A stretch of 64,000 nt of DNA from an uncultured Opitutales bacterium (GTDB lineage Bacteria > Verrucomicrobiota > Verrucomicrobiia > Opitutales > Intestinicryptomonadaceae): positions 214,751-278,750 of the forward strand of contig CAKTTC010000001.1 in the NCBI GenBank assembly GCA_934613645.1, read 5' to 3'. Shown in pieces: positions 36,138 to 45,589 of this stretch (position 1 is the first letter of the stretch; every line of letters starts with the position of its first letter). The position numbers and the translations under genes are program-made. Under the pieces are notes generated by a model. The model was given only the letters and a program-made list of their open reading frames with translations. It did no database searches and had not been told where the DNA came from.

Positions 36138-36908
36138 CTATTTTTCAACTCCCCTGTTCAGAAAAAACCGCACGTCGGCATCGCCCGACTCCAGCAATTC
36201 GCGCGGGTTGCCAACCGCCGTCTGGCGTTTCGTTTTGGCGTCGAGAAAAAGCGCGCGGTCGGCGATGTCGAAAATGCTCGCCAACTCGTGCGAGACAACC
36301 ACCACGGTAGCCCCCAGACAGTCGCGCATCTGGACGATAAGCTCGTCGAGCCTGTGCGAAGAAATGGGATCAAGCCCCGCGCTCGGTTCGTCGAAGAACA
36401 GCACCTGCGGGTCGAGGGCAATGGCGCGCGCAAGTCCGGCGCGCTTCGCCATTCCGCCGCTTATTTCCGACGGATAGAACCCGCCGAAACCGCGCAGCCC
36501 CACAAGCGACAATTTCAGGTCTACAACGTCGCGCGCCTCGGCGTCGGAGATGTTCGAAAACTCGCGCAGGGGCAGCATAATGTTTTCGGAAAGGCTCATA
36601 GAGCTCCACAGCGCGCCGCTTTGATACAACACACCGAACTGCCTGAGCATATCCTGTTTTTCGCGCGCGGAGGCGTCGGAAAAGTTTGCGCCGTTGTAGT
36701 AGATTGTGCCTTTTGCGGGCTGGATAAGCCCAATCATATGGCGCAGAAGCGTGCTTTTGCCGCAACCGCTTCCGCCCATAATGAAAAAGATTTCGCCTTT
36801 TTTGACGGAGAAATTGATGTCGCGCATGACAACGTAGTCGCCGTATGCCATTGTGAGGTTTTCGACTTTAAAAACGTCTTGCGAGTCTGTTTGCGTTTGT
36901 GTTTTCAT
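36138..36908 (-). CDS. ABC ATP-binding protein (MlaF-like)
   Basis: Trimmed to the ATG at 36908 (MKTQTQTDSQDVFKVENL), which overlaps the permease TGA as ATGA. Walker A GGSGCGKSTLL, signature ISGGMAKRAGLARAI, Walker B LFFDEPSAGLDP. Confidence 0.88.
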   Translation of the reverse strand: MKTQTQTDSQDVFKVENLTMAYGDYVVMRDINFSVKKGEIFFIMGGSGCGKSTLLRHMIGLIQPAKGTIYYNGANFSDASAREKQDMLRQFGVLYQSGALWSSMSLSENIMLPLREFSNISDAEARDVVDLKLSLVGLRGFGGFYPSEISGGMAKRAGLARAIALDPQVLFFDEPSAGLDPISSHRLDELIVQMRDCLGATVVVVSHELASIFDIADRALFLDAKTKRQTAVGNPRELLESGDADVRFFLNRGVEK

Positions 36909-38050
36909 ATGTCGAAAATCGTGAAAATTACCGCGAAAACCGCGTCGGCTACTATAATCCAAGTTATGCTTTGGACAACGCTCGAGGTCGTGGCTCTGCC
37001 GACGCCGCTCGAGGAGTTTTCGCACGCCATGCCCATTCGGCAGCCAACGCACGCAACTATTATTCCGTAGATTACGCTTTTGCCCACGCCCGTGCAGAAC
37101 TGGACAATGTTCAACGCCAACGCCGTTCTGTTCATATACTGCTCGTAGCTGATGTCGAACATTCCCACGCCTATGACAAGCCCGCCGAACATTCCGATAA
37201 CGTCGGCGAACACCGTAAGCAGCGGGAACATGCACACCAACGCCACAATGCGCGGAAGCACCAGAAATTCTATCGGCGAAATTCCGAACGTGCGGAACGC
37301 CGAAATTTCCTCGTTTACTTTCATTGAGCCTAACTCCGCCGCGAATGCCGCGCCCGTGCGGCCGCTCATTACAATGCCCACCATCATCGCGCCCATTTCG
37401 CGAACCATTGCAATGCCCACCAAATCCGCCACGAAAATTTCCGAACCGTATTTTGCAAGCTGTATTGCGCCCACAAACGCCAGAATAAGCCCCACCAAAA
37501 AGCTGATTAGCGCGACAATCGGCAACGCCTCCGGCCCCGCCTTCTGGACTATCGAAAGCAAATCTATGCGCCTGAAGCGCGCGCGGCCTGCAAGCATTTT
37601 GCAGAAGGCTATGGTTATGTCGCCCGTGAAGGAAACGGTATCCAAAACATATTCCACGGCGTTGATTGTTCCGTGGCCTACCCTGTTGATGAAGTTGGAG
37701 CTTTGGGGCGTTTTTTGCGTGTTTGCCGAAGGCACTGCCGTTGCAAGTTCGAGCATTGCGCGCATGCCGTCGGGAAGCGTTCCGAAATCGACTTTCGCGC
37801 CGATTGCCCGCGCGGCGGCGGAAAGCTTCAAAACCAGACTGATGAGGGAGGAATCGTATTGCCCGAGCGCGGAGTGTTCAAACGACATTTTCGCGAACGT
37901 TTCGGGCAGCGATTTTTCGATATCGCCGAAAAGCGTGTGCGAGCCGCCTATGTGCCAGTCGCCCGAAAGCGAGACTTCCACCGCGCCCGCCGCCGCGTTT
38001 ATTTCGGCGCGTCCCGCAATTCCGTCCGATTTTGTTTTACCGAAAGCCAT
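36905..38050 (-). CDS. MlaE-like ABC permease with an N-terminal STAS/MlaB-like extension
   Basis: The track start is TTG, so the ATG at 38050 (MAFGKTKSDG) is used. About 110 N-terminal soluble residues (VEVSLSGDWHIG...QYDSSLISLVLKL) precede the MlaE core (FRRIDLLSIVQKAGPEALPIVALISFLVGLILAF...). Confidence 0.8.
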   Translation of the reverse strand: MAFGKTKSDGIAGRAEINAAAGAVEVSLSGDWHIGGSHTLFGDIEKSLPETFAKMSFEHSALGQYDSSLISLVLKLSAAARAIGAKVDFGTLPDGMRAMLELATAVPSANTQKTPQSSNFINRVGHGTINAVEYVLDTVSFTGDITIAFCKMLAGRARFRRIDLLSIVQKAGPEALPIVALISFLVGLILAFVGAIQLAKYGSEIFVADLVGIAMVREMGAMMVGIVMSGRTGAAFAAELGSMKVNEEISAFRTFGISPIEFLVLPRIVALVCMFPLLTVFADVIGMFGGLVIGVGMFDISYEQYMNRTALALNIVQFCTGVGKSVIYGIIVACVGCRMGMACENSSSGVGRATTSSVVQSITWIIVADAVFAVIFTIFDI

Positions 38051-38148
38051 AAAAATATCGTGCAATCAAATACCAATATGCGTGCCGACGCAACAAAAAA
38101 AAGCCGCCGCCCGAACTGACGCTTTTCAGAAGCATCGACAAAAACGCG

Positions 38149-38177
38149 CAAAAAAAAGCGCGCCGTTTCCGACGCGC
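38149..38177 (-). terminator. Intrinsic terminator downstream of the Gfo/Idh/MocA gene
   Basis: Minus strand reads GCGCG-TCGGAAACGG-CGCGC followed by T8. Confidence 0.6.
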
Positions 38178-38199
38178 CGAAGATGTAAACGCTTTGCAA

Positions 38200-39639
38200 T
38201 TAGCCGAAGAGACGTTCGAAGAAGGACTTTTTCTTGTCCCACGGGCGGCTGCTTTCCCAGCCCTCGCGTTCGGGCTCGCGCAGGAATGCGTCGAGTTCGG
38301 GGCGGTTCGGGGAACGCATTTTTTCGTGGTCCCACTCTATCACGCCGCCGAAACGCTGCGCCAAAACGCCCAGCAACGCGACTTCCGTAAGCTGCGATGC
38401 GTAGTCGAAACTGCCCAAGCATTCGGGGCCGTTGCCCTTGATTGCGTCAATCCATTCGCAGAAGATGCTGTTTTCGCGGACAAGCGGGACTGTCTTGGCG
38501 GCAATCTCGTCTTTCTTCTGGCGGCGGAACGACTGGAAGAATTCCTTGTTGCAAATGCGCGGCTCGAAGTTCGGACGCACACCCGTAACGATTGAGTGGT
38601 CTTTTCCGAACATAACCATACCCCTTGTAAGAGGCTTGGGCTGATCCCAGTCGGCGGGTTTGTTGGTCATGGGCAAACCGCCGTCGTTCCAATACATCAC
38701 AACTTCGCCGCGCTTATCGGTAGCGGGGAACGTCCACTTGACGACAGACGAATCGGGAATGAACACAGTCGGGTCGAAATCGCCCTTGCGCGTGATAAGC
38801 TCCACTTTGCTGGGGGCTTTGAGGTCGAGAATCCATACGGGAGCGTCGCCCGTGTGGCAGAACCAGTCGCCCAACATACCCGTGCCGAACTGCCAGAAGC
38901 CGCGCCACGCGAGGGGGTGGTAGGTTTTGTTGAAGGGAACTTTGGCGGCTTGGTTAAGCCACAAGTCGTAGTCGAAGCCCTCGGGAATGGGGTCGTTAGT
39001 AAGCGGCCACACCTTGGGTTTTACGAAATAGGGAGTGCCCTTGCCCGCATACCAGTTCGGCCCGCCGCAGAGAACGTGGACTTCGTCTACGCCGCCCGTG
39101 ACGCCCGTATCATACCACGCTTTCAGCATTCTGATTTGCGCGGTTGCGTGCCCCTGATTCATCATCTGGGTTTTGAGCTTGGGATAATACGCCTTGGCCT
39201 TCTGAAGTTCGCGGCACTGCCAAACGTTGTGGACAAGCGGCTTTTGAACGGCGACGTGTTTGCCCGCCTCCATGCAGTCCAATGTGATTTTGAAGTGCGA
39301 GTGGTCGGGAGTTGAAATACACACGGCGTCGATGTCTTTGCCCATTTTGTCGAGCATTTCGCGGTAGTCGGTGAACTTCGGCGTTTTGTCGAGGTTGAGA
39401 TCCTTGAAACGCTTGAAGCTGCCGCAGCGCGCCACATAGTTCCAATCGACGTCGCATATTGCGGCAATGTTTTCGGACTTCATGCCCGAAATAGCCATTC
39501 CGCCGATTCCGCCGACGCCCACGAAAGCCACGTTGAGCTTTTCATTGGGAGATTTCGTTTTTGCTATCGAAAAGCGCGGAAGCACGAAACTTGCCGCGGC
39601 AGCCGTAGCCGTTGTTTTTATAAACTTTCTTCTATCCAT
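38200..39639 (-). CDS. Gfo/Idh/MocA-family oxidoreductase with twin-arginine signal
   Basis: MDRRKFIKTTATAAAASFVLPRFSIA (TAT motif RRKF), then the Rossmann motif LNVAFVGVGGIGG. Confidence 0.85.
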   Translation of the reverse strand: MDRRKFIKTTATAAAASFVLPRFSIAKTKSPNEKLNVAFVGVGGIGGMAISGMKSENIAAICDVDWNYVARCGSFKRFKDLNLDKTPKFTDYREMLDKMGKDIDAVCISTPDHSHFKITLDCMEAGKHVAVQKPLVHNVWQCRELQKAKAYYPKLKTQMMNQGHATAQIRMLKAWYDTGVTGGVDEVHVLCGGPNWYAGKGTPYFVKPKVWPLTNDPIPEGFDYDLWLNQAAKVPFNKTYHPLAWRGFWQFGTGMLGDWFCHTGDAPVWILDLKAPSKVELITRKGDFDPTVFIPDSSVVKWTFPATDKRGEVVMYWNDGGLPMTNKPADWDQPKPLTRGMVMFGKDHSIVTGVRPNFEPRICNKEFFQSFRRQKKDEIAAKTVPLVRENSIFCEWIDAIKGNGPECLGSFDYASQLTEVALLGVLAQRFGGVIEWDHEKMRSPNRPELDAFLREPEREGWESSRPWDKKKSFFERLFG

Positions 39640-39777
39640 TTGTTTTCTGTTTAAGTTAGATAGAGATAATTTAACGACCGAAGAACAATGCTGTCAAACC
39701 TTTTTTGGCGCAAAACGGGCGAAAAACACCCGCAACGCGAATGATGACAAAGCCCCGCCGCGCACGCCCCGCAAAGG

Positions 39778-40749
39778 CTATTTCAGCCACTTGCGCCAGT
39801 CGTCGGCAAACGCGCGCGGGTTTTCTTTCGAAACCTTAATCGGGGCGACTTCCTTGCGCTTTTGCGGCGCGTAGTTTTCGAAACGCTTTTCGGCGAGCGC
39901 GCGCATTGCAAAGACGCCCCACCCGAAGTAGTCGTCGTATACAATGTCGGAAATCTGCCCCGAAGACAGGTAGAATTCGAGCATTTCGAGCGCGCCGACA
40001 ACCACCGCGAATTTCCTGTCGGGGTCGCGCTTTATCGGCGACATATCCGCGAGGAGTTCTGGCGAAAAAAACACCTCGCCGAAACTGTCGCGGCGCATTA
40101 TTTCGACCCTGTTTTCAAGCGCGTATTGACTGTAGAAGTGGAACGAATCGGCGCACAAAAGCCGCCCGCCGAACACCTCGGCAAAACCCTCCGCCGAAAG
40201 CACGCCGCCCGTCAGCCGCAGCATTTCGCGCGAATCCGACACGTTTGCGGGCGCGCCGCCGCCCCTGAAGTAGCAGGCTATTTTTGTGTCCGCGCCGCCG
40301 CGTTTTGCGATTATTTCCGCAAGCATTTTTCGGAGCGTTTTTTCGCTGCCCGATACGCGGCACAACGCGCCGCCGTCGGTGTCGTCGGCGTTGTCGGCTG
40401 TCGCGCAGTTTGCGCCAACTAAAACAACGTTCACGCCCTTGCGCGAAAGCCTGCGTATTTCGTCGGAAACGTCTCCCGCGGGGATTAAAATCACGTTCTC
40501 CACCCCCTGCAAATAGAGGTCGGAGAGAATGCGTTTTTGCCCGTCGGCAGTAGGCGACGCCCTGCCGAGAATCTCGATTTGCCTGCCGCGTGCCGAATAC
40601 AGCCGCGCCACCGATTCCGCCCCGCACAAAACCGCCGCATTCGGCTGGAACGCGGAATTGTCCGACACAAACCCGACGCGCATTTTTTGGCAAAAGCCCG
40701 AAACCGCCGCGGCGAAAAACGCGCAAACGCAAAACAACTTCAACTTCAT
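39778..40749 (-). CDS. Periplasmic-binding-protein-like (type I, sugar-binding/LacI-like fold) secreted protein, orphan
   Basis: Signal peptide MKLKLFCVCAFFAAAVSGF. RVGFVSDN, QGVENVILIPAG and KGVNVVLVGAN have the spacing typical of PBP1. No ABC partners adjacent. Confidence 0.4.
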   Translation of the reverse strand: MKLKLFCVCAFFAAAVSGFCQKMRVGFVSDNSAFQPNAAVLCGAESVARLYSARGRQIEILGRASPTADGQKRILSDLYLQGVENVILIPAGDVSDEIRRLSRKGVNVVLVGANCATADNADDTDGGALCRVSGSEKTLRKMLAEIIAKRGGADTKIACYFRGGGAPANVSDSREMLRLTGGVLSAEGFAEVFGGRLLCADSFHFYSQYALENRVEIMRRDSFGEVFFSPELLADMSPIKRDPDRKFAVVVGALEMLEFYLSSGQISDIVYDDYFGWGVFAMRALAEKRFENYAPQKRKEVAPIKVSKENPRAFADDWRKWLK

Positions 40750-41783
40750 TTTATTTTTTCCTTCAACATTTCGGCGATTGAATTTTCGGTGCGCCCGAAC
40801 AGTTTTTTTGCCGTTTCTACGGAATCGACGCCCGCGAACATTGCCACCGCAAAAGAGCCGCCGCCCGATTCGAAAACGAGAATTTTACACGCAATTTTTC
40901 CCGCGCCGCCCGAGCACTCAAACGCGCCGTCCGCACCCGCAAAACGCCGCCAACCGCCCGCGGATTCTCCGCACTGCGCCCTTCGGAGGCGTCGGCTTGA
41001 AACGGTTTCGGAATCGAGTATCGGAGGAGTTTTGGAGGTTTCGCATTCAAGCCATCTCACAACGCCGTCGGGCGAGAGCGCAAACCCGATTGACGGGAAA
41101 ACCGACTTTTCGAAATTTATATACTTGGGGTTTTTTATTCCGAGCGGCTCGAAAAAATACTTTCCGCAACAGCGCACGAACGATTTTTTCAGGTTTTTGG
41201 AAGTCGGCTCAAACGCGTATGCCAAGGCGTATCCCGCAGCGGCTACCGACGCGCGCGACCTGTAAAATACGGTGTCGGGCGCGGAAAATCCCGTCTGGGA
41301 GAGCATCGAAAAAAATTCGTCGGGCGCGGCGTCGGCGGGGATTTTTTCCGCCAAATAGCCTATTCCCGCAGTCTGGTTAAGTAGGTTCGTTATGTTAGCC
41401 CCCGCAACTTTTCCGCCCGACGCGGAGAACGCCGAAAAGAAGCCCGAAACGTCGGCGGAAAGCGATACCGCACCCGAGCTTTGCATGTTCTCGGCAACGA
41501 GCGAAAGCACCGCCGCAGAAGCGTCGCCGAGCGGAAGCGACTTTTTCGCGAAAGAATCAGACACTCTCCCCGCCAGACATTCGCCGTCCAAAACGGCAAA
41601 GAACGCAGCCCCGCGCGCCCCCGCCCTGTTCGCGTCGGAAAAGAACGCGCTTTCAAGCGTCTTTGCGCGGGCGGAATTTACATAGTCTCCAATGCCGTCG
41701 CAAAAGGCGGTGGAAAACGGAAACGCGCCCGAAAGCGCGACCGCCGCCGCCAGCCGCAAAAATTTGCCGAAAGCCGCGCGCAT
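40746..41783 (-). CDS. Secreted beta-lactamase/transpeptidase-like protein, probably non-catalytic
   Basis: Signal peptide. AAFFAVLDGECL...LPLGDASAAVLSLVAENMQSSG aligns by eye with the serine-hydrolase SxxK region, but reads S-A-A-V with the Lys missing. ATGA and TAATG overlaps with both neighbours. Confidence 0.3.
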   Translation of the reverse strand: MRAAFGKFLRLAAAVALSGAFPFSTAFCDGIGDYVNSARAKTLESAFFSDANRAGARGAAFFAVLDGECLAGRVSDSFAKKSLPLGDASAAVLSLVAENMQSSGAVSLSADVSGFFSAFSASGGKVAGANITNLLNQTAGIGYLAEKIPADAAPDEFFSMLSQTGFSAPDTVFYRSRASVAAAGYALAYAFEPTSKNLKKSFVRCCGKYFFEPLGIKNPKYINFEKSVFPSIGFALSPDGVVRWLECETSKTPPILDSETVSSRRLRRAQCGESAGGWRRFAGADGAFECSGGAGKIACKILVFESGGGSFAVAMFAGVDSVETAKKLFGRTENSIAEMLKEKIK

Positions 41784-42715
41784 TAGAGCTTGAACCTCCG
41801 AACGGGCAGGCGTCCCGATTTTTCCTTCAGCCAGCCGCGCAGGTCTTCGGGCACTTGCATTTCCTCCAAAAGCTCGTTGTAGGTGGGCGCGCGGGTTTTT
41901 ACGCGGGATATGAGCGCATGGGTGTCGAGCGTCAAATCGACATCGCTTTCGCGCGAAAACGGCTCCACAAATTCGTCGGGATTCAGCCCGAAATGTTCGG
42001 CAATGCGCCGCGCCATCTCGTAGCGGCTGATGGCGTCCGCGCCCGCGTAGTGGTAGATTCCGCTGAGCTTGGGGCGCTGCAAAATCTCCAAAATCAAATC
42101 AGCCAAAACCGACGCCGAAAGCGGGCATTTTATTTCGTTTACGGCGCATTTTGTTTTTTCGCCCGCAGCCCATGCGCGCAAGAGCTTTTCGTGGAGGGAA
42201 CGGCGCGTTGTAAGGCTGTTGCCGCTTACGTGGCTCAGACGCAAAACGACTGTCGTGTGCGGCGAAATTTTGAGGACTTTCTTCTCCGCCAAAAGCTTTG
42301 TAGTTCCGTAGAGCGTGGAGGGCATGGGAACGTCGGTATTGACATACGGGGCGGCAGATCCGTCGAAAACCATATCGGTTGAAAGGTGCACGAACCGCGC
42401 GCCTACATGGTGCGCCAAAACCGCCAGCTGTTCGGGCAATTCGGCGTTCATTTTGTTGGCGAGCTCGGGATTTTTATCGACATCTGCGGGGCTTGAAATT
42501 GCCGCGCAGTTGACGATTGCGTCGGGAAAAACGTCGAGGACAAGCCGCTGCAAAGCCGCGTTGTCGGTTAAATCGAGCGAAACGGCCTCGGTGTTTTCAA
42601 GGGGCGGAAGCGTTTTGCTACCGCACACTGCCACAACCTTGCAGCCAGCCGCAGAAGCCGCCTTTACAAAGTTGTAGCCCACAAGACCCGTTGCGCCCGT
42701 GCAAAGAATTGTCAT
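41783..42715 (-). CDS. RmlD-like NAD(P)-dependent reductase (dTDP-4-dehydrorhamnose reductase family, SDR)
   Basis: MTILCTGATGLVGYNF (GxxGxxG), PDAIVNCAAISSPADVDKNPE, HLSTDMVFDG, and catalytic YGTTK. Confidence 0.6.
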   Translation of the reverse strand: MTILCTGATGLVGYNFVKAASAAGCKVVAVCGSKTLPPLENTEAVSLDLTDNAALQRLVLDVFPDAIVNCAAISSPADVDKNPELANKMNAELPEQLAVLAHHVGARFVHLSTDMVFDGSAAPYVNTDVPMPSTLYGTTKLLAEKKVLKISPHTTVVLRLSHVSGNSLTTRRSLHEKLLRAWAAGEKTKCAVNEIKCPLSASVLADLILEILQRPKLSGIYHYAGADAISRYEMARRIAEHFGLNPDEFVEPFSRESDVDLTLDTHALISRVKTRAPTYNELLEEMQVPEDLRGWLKEKSGRLPVRRFKL

Positions 42716-42716
42716 A

Positions 42717-45470
42717 TTAGTATTTCGGTTTTGTTATTGTTATTTGATATTCGCCGCAGCCGAGTTTTTCGAGCCTGAGCGATTCGGGTTTTTCGCCGTT
42801 TATGCGGACTGAATCCGCGTTTTCGGCGGGAAATTCGACAGTCGCAGTGGCGTTCGGCGGAACGGTTATGTTCCACGACATTTCCCCGCGGGCAATCTTC
42901 CAAGACGATTCCGCGCGCCCGTAGGGCGTTTCGTAGAAGACGTGCGCCGAGTTTATTTTTTGCGAAAGCTTGGGAGCGAAAATTATGTTTTTGTAGCCCG
43001 CGTTTTCGGGGTCGGGAGCGATTCCGCCGATGCTTCTATACATCCACTCGCCGACTGCGCCGTATGAATAGTGGTTGAACGAATTCATTGCCGCCGAGCC
43101 GAAACCGTCCTTGTGCGAATAGCTGTTCCAACGCTCCCACATTGTGGTTGCGCCCTGTTTTATGGAATACAGCCAAGACGGATATTCCTCGTTCAGCAGC
43201 AGGCGCACGGCTATGTCGTGGCGTCCGAAGCGGCTTAGGACGCGGTTTAGAAGCGGGGTTCCCACGAAGCCCGTGTCCAGATACCAGTTGTCGGACTCCA
43301 GTTTTTCGACGAGTTTTTCGAACGATTTCCGCCGCAGGTTTTCGGGCAGAATGTCGAAGTCGAGCGCAAGCAGATAGCCCGTTTGCGTGTTTGTTGCAAC
43401 CGTTCCGTCGGGCTTGACGAATTCCCGAACAAAGGCTCGGGAAATGTGCCCCGCAATTTCCGCGTATTCCGCGGCGTCGTCTTCCAAGCCCAAAATGCGC
43501 GATGTTTTTTCCATAATCTTGGCGCACTTGTAAAAATACGCCGTGCCGATTAGCGAATACGGCGTGTTGCCGCGCCAAAGGGAGGAATCGGAGCCGCGCG
43601 TGGTGGAGGGTTGCAGCCAGTCGCCGAATGCGTGCCGAACAACGCGGACAAAGTTCTCAGAATTTTTCAACACATACCTGACCCATGAAGTCATATGGAA
43701 GTGGTGCTGTTCGAGAATTTTTTTGTCGCCGTAGGCAAGATACATTTCCCACGGGCAGATTACCCCCGCGTCAGACCAAGCGGGCGAACCCGAGCCCCAG
43801 CCGCCGGGGGCTACGTGCGAAAAGCGGCTGTCGCGCTGGGCGTCGTCTACGTCGAACATCCATTTTTGGAAGAACGCGTCTACATTCATATTGAACGCGG
43901 CGGTCGGGGCGAAAACTTGGGCGTCGCCGAGCCAGCCCATTCGCTCGTCGCGCTGCGGGCAGTCGGTCGGGACGGAGAAATAGTTGGAACGCTGCCCCCA
44001 GACAATGTTGCTTTGCAGGCGGTTTACAATGGGAATGCTGCAAACAAAGCCGCCCGAAATGGGCATATCGTTATACATAACCAGTGCCTGCGCCGAAACG
44101 TCGGCGGGCTTGGTGTCGGCGGGAAGCCCCGAAATTTCCAGATACCTGTAGCCGTGGTAGGTGAAGACGGGCACGAACGTTTCGGGCTTGTCGGAGGCGA
44201 ACGTGTAGCGGTCGGTGCTCTCGGCGGTGCGGTAGTTTGCGGTGTAAAGTTCCCCGTTTTTCTGGAGCATTTCAGCGTAGCGGATAGTTGCCGTTGCGCC
44301 TTTTTTGCCCTTGAAGACTATTTTGGGCACACCCACCAAATTCTGCTCGAAGTCAAAGCGGAAAACGCCGTCGGAAATTTTCTGCGGCGCGGCGGAAACA
44401 ATCTGTTTTACTACAATCGGCTGATTGCGGCGCGGCTGCAAATACGGCTCGCGAATATCGACGTCGCCCGCGGCGGCGGGCTTCCAAGAGGAGTCGTCGA
44501 AGTCGGCAAGCTGCCAGCCCGTCGGCTCGAGATTGGCGTCGAACGATTCACCGTCGTAGATGTCGGCGTAGAGGATTCCGCCGAAAGCAGCCTTCCAAGA
44601 GGAGTCGGTTGCGATCGTCCGCGAAGAGCCGTCTTCGAAAACAATCTCAAGCTGCGCCAAAAATTCCGGCTTCTGCGAGTAGAATGAGTTCCTGTCGCGA
44701 TACTGTATTCTGCCCGAATACCAGCCGTCGGCGATTATCGCGCAAACGGCGTTGTTGCCCGATTTAAGCATTTTCGAGACATCGTATGTGTTGGTTTGAA
44801 TGCGTTTTTTGTAGTCTGTCCAGCCCGTTCCCCAGAAGTCGTTGCCGACTTTTTTGCCGTTTATCGACGCCTGAAAAATGCCCTTTGAGGCGACATACAG
44901 GCGCGCCGACTTCACGCTTTTGCCCGCGGGAATCTCGAACGTTTTGCGCAGGTAGGTGGGCGGAACGCCCCTGCGGATTCCGTCGATGAATTTCAGCACT
45001 TTCGCCCAGCGGTGCTTGTAAAGCTCGCGGCGCGGCTCGGGCGAGAAAATCCACTTGCCCTTCCAGTCGGAGTTTTTCAGAAGCCCCGCCTCGTAGGTTG
45101 CGTATTCCGACCAGTCGCTTTCCGCGCCGTTTTCGTCCCAAAACTTCACGCGCCACGAAACCTTTTGGCGCGAAGCCGTTTCCTTGAGCGGGTTTTCAAC
45201 CCTCGCCGACGCGTCGGAGACAACCTTGCCCGTATCGGCAACAATCTTTCCGCCGCTTAGCACTTGGATTCTGTAGGCGGTCTGCGCCGCGCCCTTGCGG
45301 AAGGGAATTTTCCACGAAAGCGAATTGTCCTCCAAACTGAACCCCACGGGATTTACAAAATCTGGCCCAATGCGCAGGTCGAACGCGCGCGGCGCGCCGA
45401 CTTTGTTCCCCCAGCACCCCGCCAAAAACGAGGCGAGAACCGACACCAATATTGCGGATATTTTTTTCAT
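42717..45470 (-). CDS. Alpha-L-rhamnosidase (GH78) lipoprotein
   Basis: Trimmed to MKKISAILVSVLASFLAGCWG. KSARLYVASKGIFQASINGKKVGNDFW..GWTDYKKRIQ, GWYSGR, and the catalytic-domain motif DCPQRDERMGWLGDAQVF. Confidence 0.88.
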   Translation of the reverse strand: MKKISAILVSVLASFLAGCWGNKVGAPRAFDLRIGPDFVNPVGFSLEDNSLSWKIPFRKGAAQTAYRIQVLSGGKIVADTGKVVSDASARVENPLKETASRQKVSWRVKFWDENGAESDWSEYATYEAGLLKNSDWKGKWIFSPEPRRELYKHRWAKVLKFIDGIRRGVPPTYLRKTFEIPAGKSVKSARLYVASKGIFQASINGKKVGNDFWGTGWTDYKKRIQTNTYDVSKMLKSGNNAVCAIIADGWYSGRIQYRDRNSFYSQKPEFLAQLEIVFEDGSSRTIATDSSWKAAFGGILYADIYDGESFDANLEPTGWQLADFDDSSWKPAAAGDVDIREPYLQPRRNQPIVVKQIVSAAPQKISDGVFRFDFEQNLVGVPKIVFKGKKGATATIRYAEMLQKNGELYTANYRTAESTDRYTFASDKPETFVPVFTYHGYRYLEISGLPADTKPADVSAQALVMYNDMPISGGFVCSIPIVNRLQSNIVWGQRSNYFSVPTDCPQRDERMGWLGDAQVFAPTAAFNMNVDAFFQKWMFDVDDAQRDSRFSHVAPGGWGSGSPAWSDAGVICPWEMYLAYGDKKILEQHHFHMTSWVRYVLKNSENFVRVVRHAFGDWLQPSTTRGSDSSLWRGNTPYSLIGTAYFYKCAKIMEKTSRILGLEDDAAEYAEIAGHISRAFVREFVKPDGTVATNTQTGYLLALDFDILPENLRRKSFEKLVEKLESDNWYLDTGFVGTPLLNRVLSRFGRHDIAVRLLLNEEYPSWLYSIKQGATTMWERWNSYSHKDGFGSAAMNSFNHYSYGAVGEWMYRSIGGIAPDPENAGYKNIIFAPKLSQKINSAHVFYETPYGRAESSWKIARGEMSWNITVPPNATATVEFPAENADSVRINGEKPESLRLEKLGCGEYQITITKPKY

Positions 45471-45589
45471 TGAAAATCTTTCTAAACGGGGGCGCGGGGT
45501 TGTCAAATATAATAACCCGAACAAAAGAAATATCAGGCTTGCAAAAACGCCCGAAACTGATAGCGTGTTTTCCCGAATAAATAATAAAA

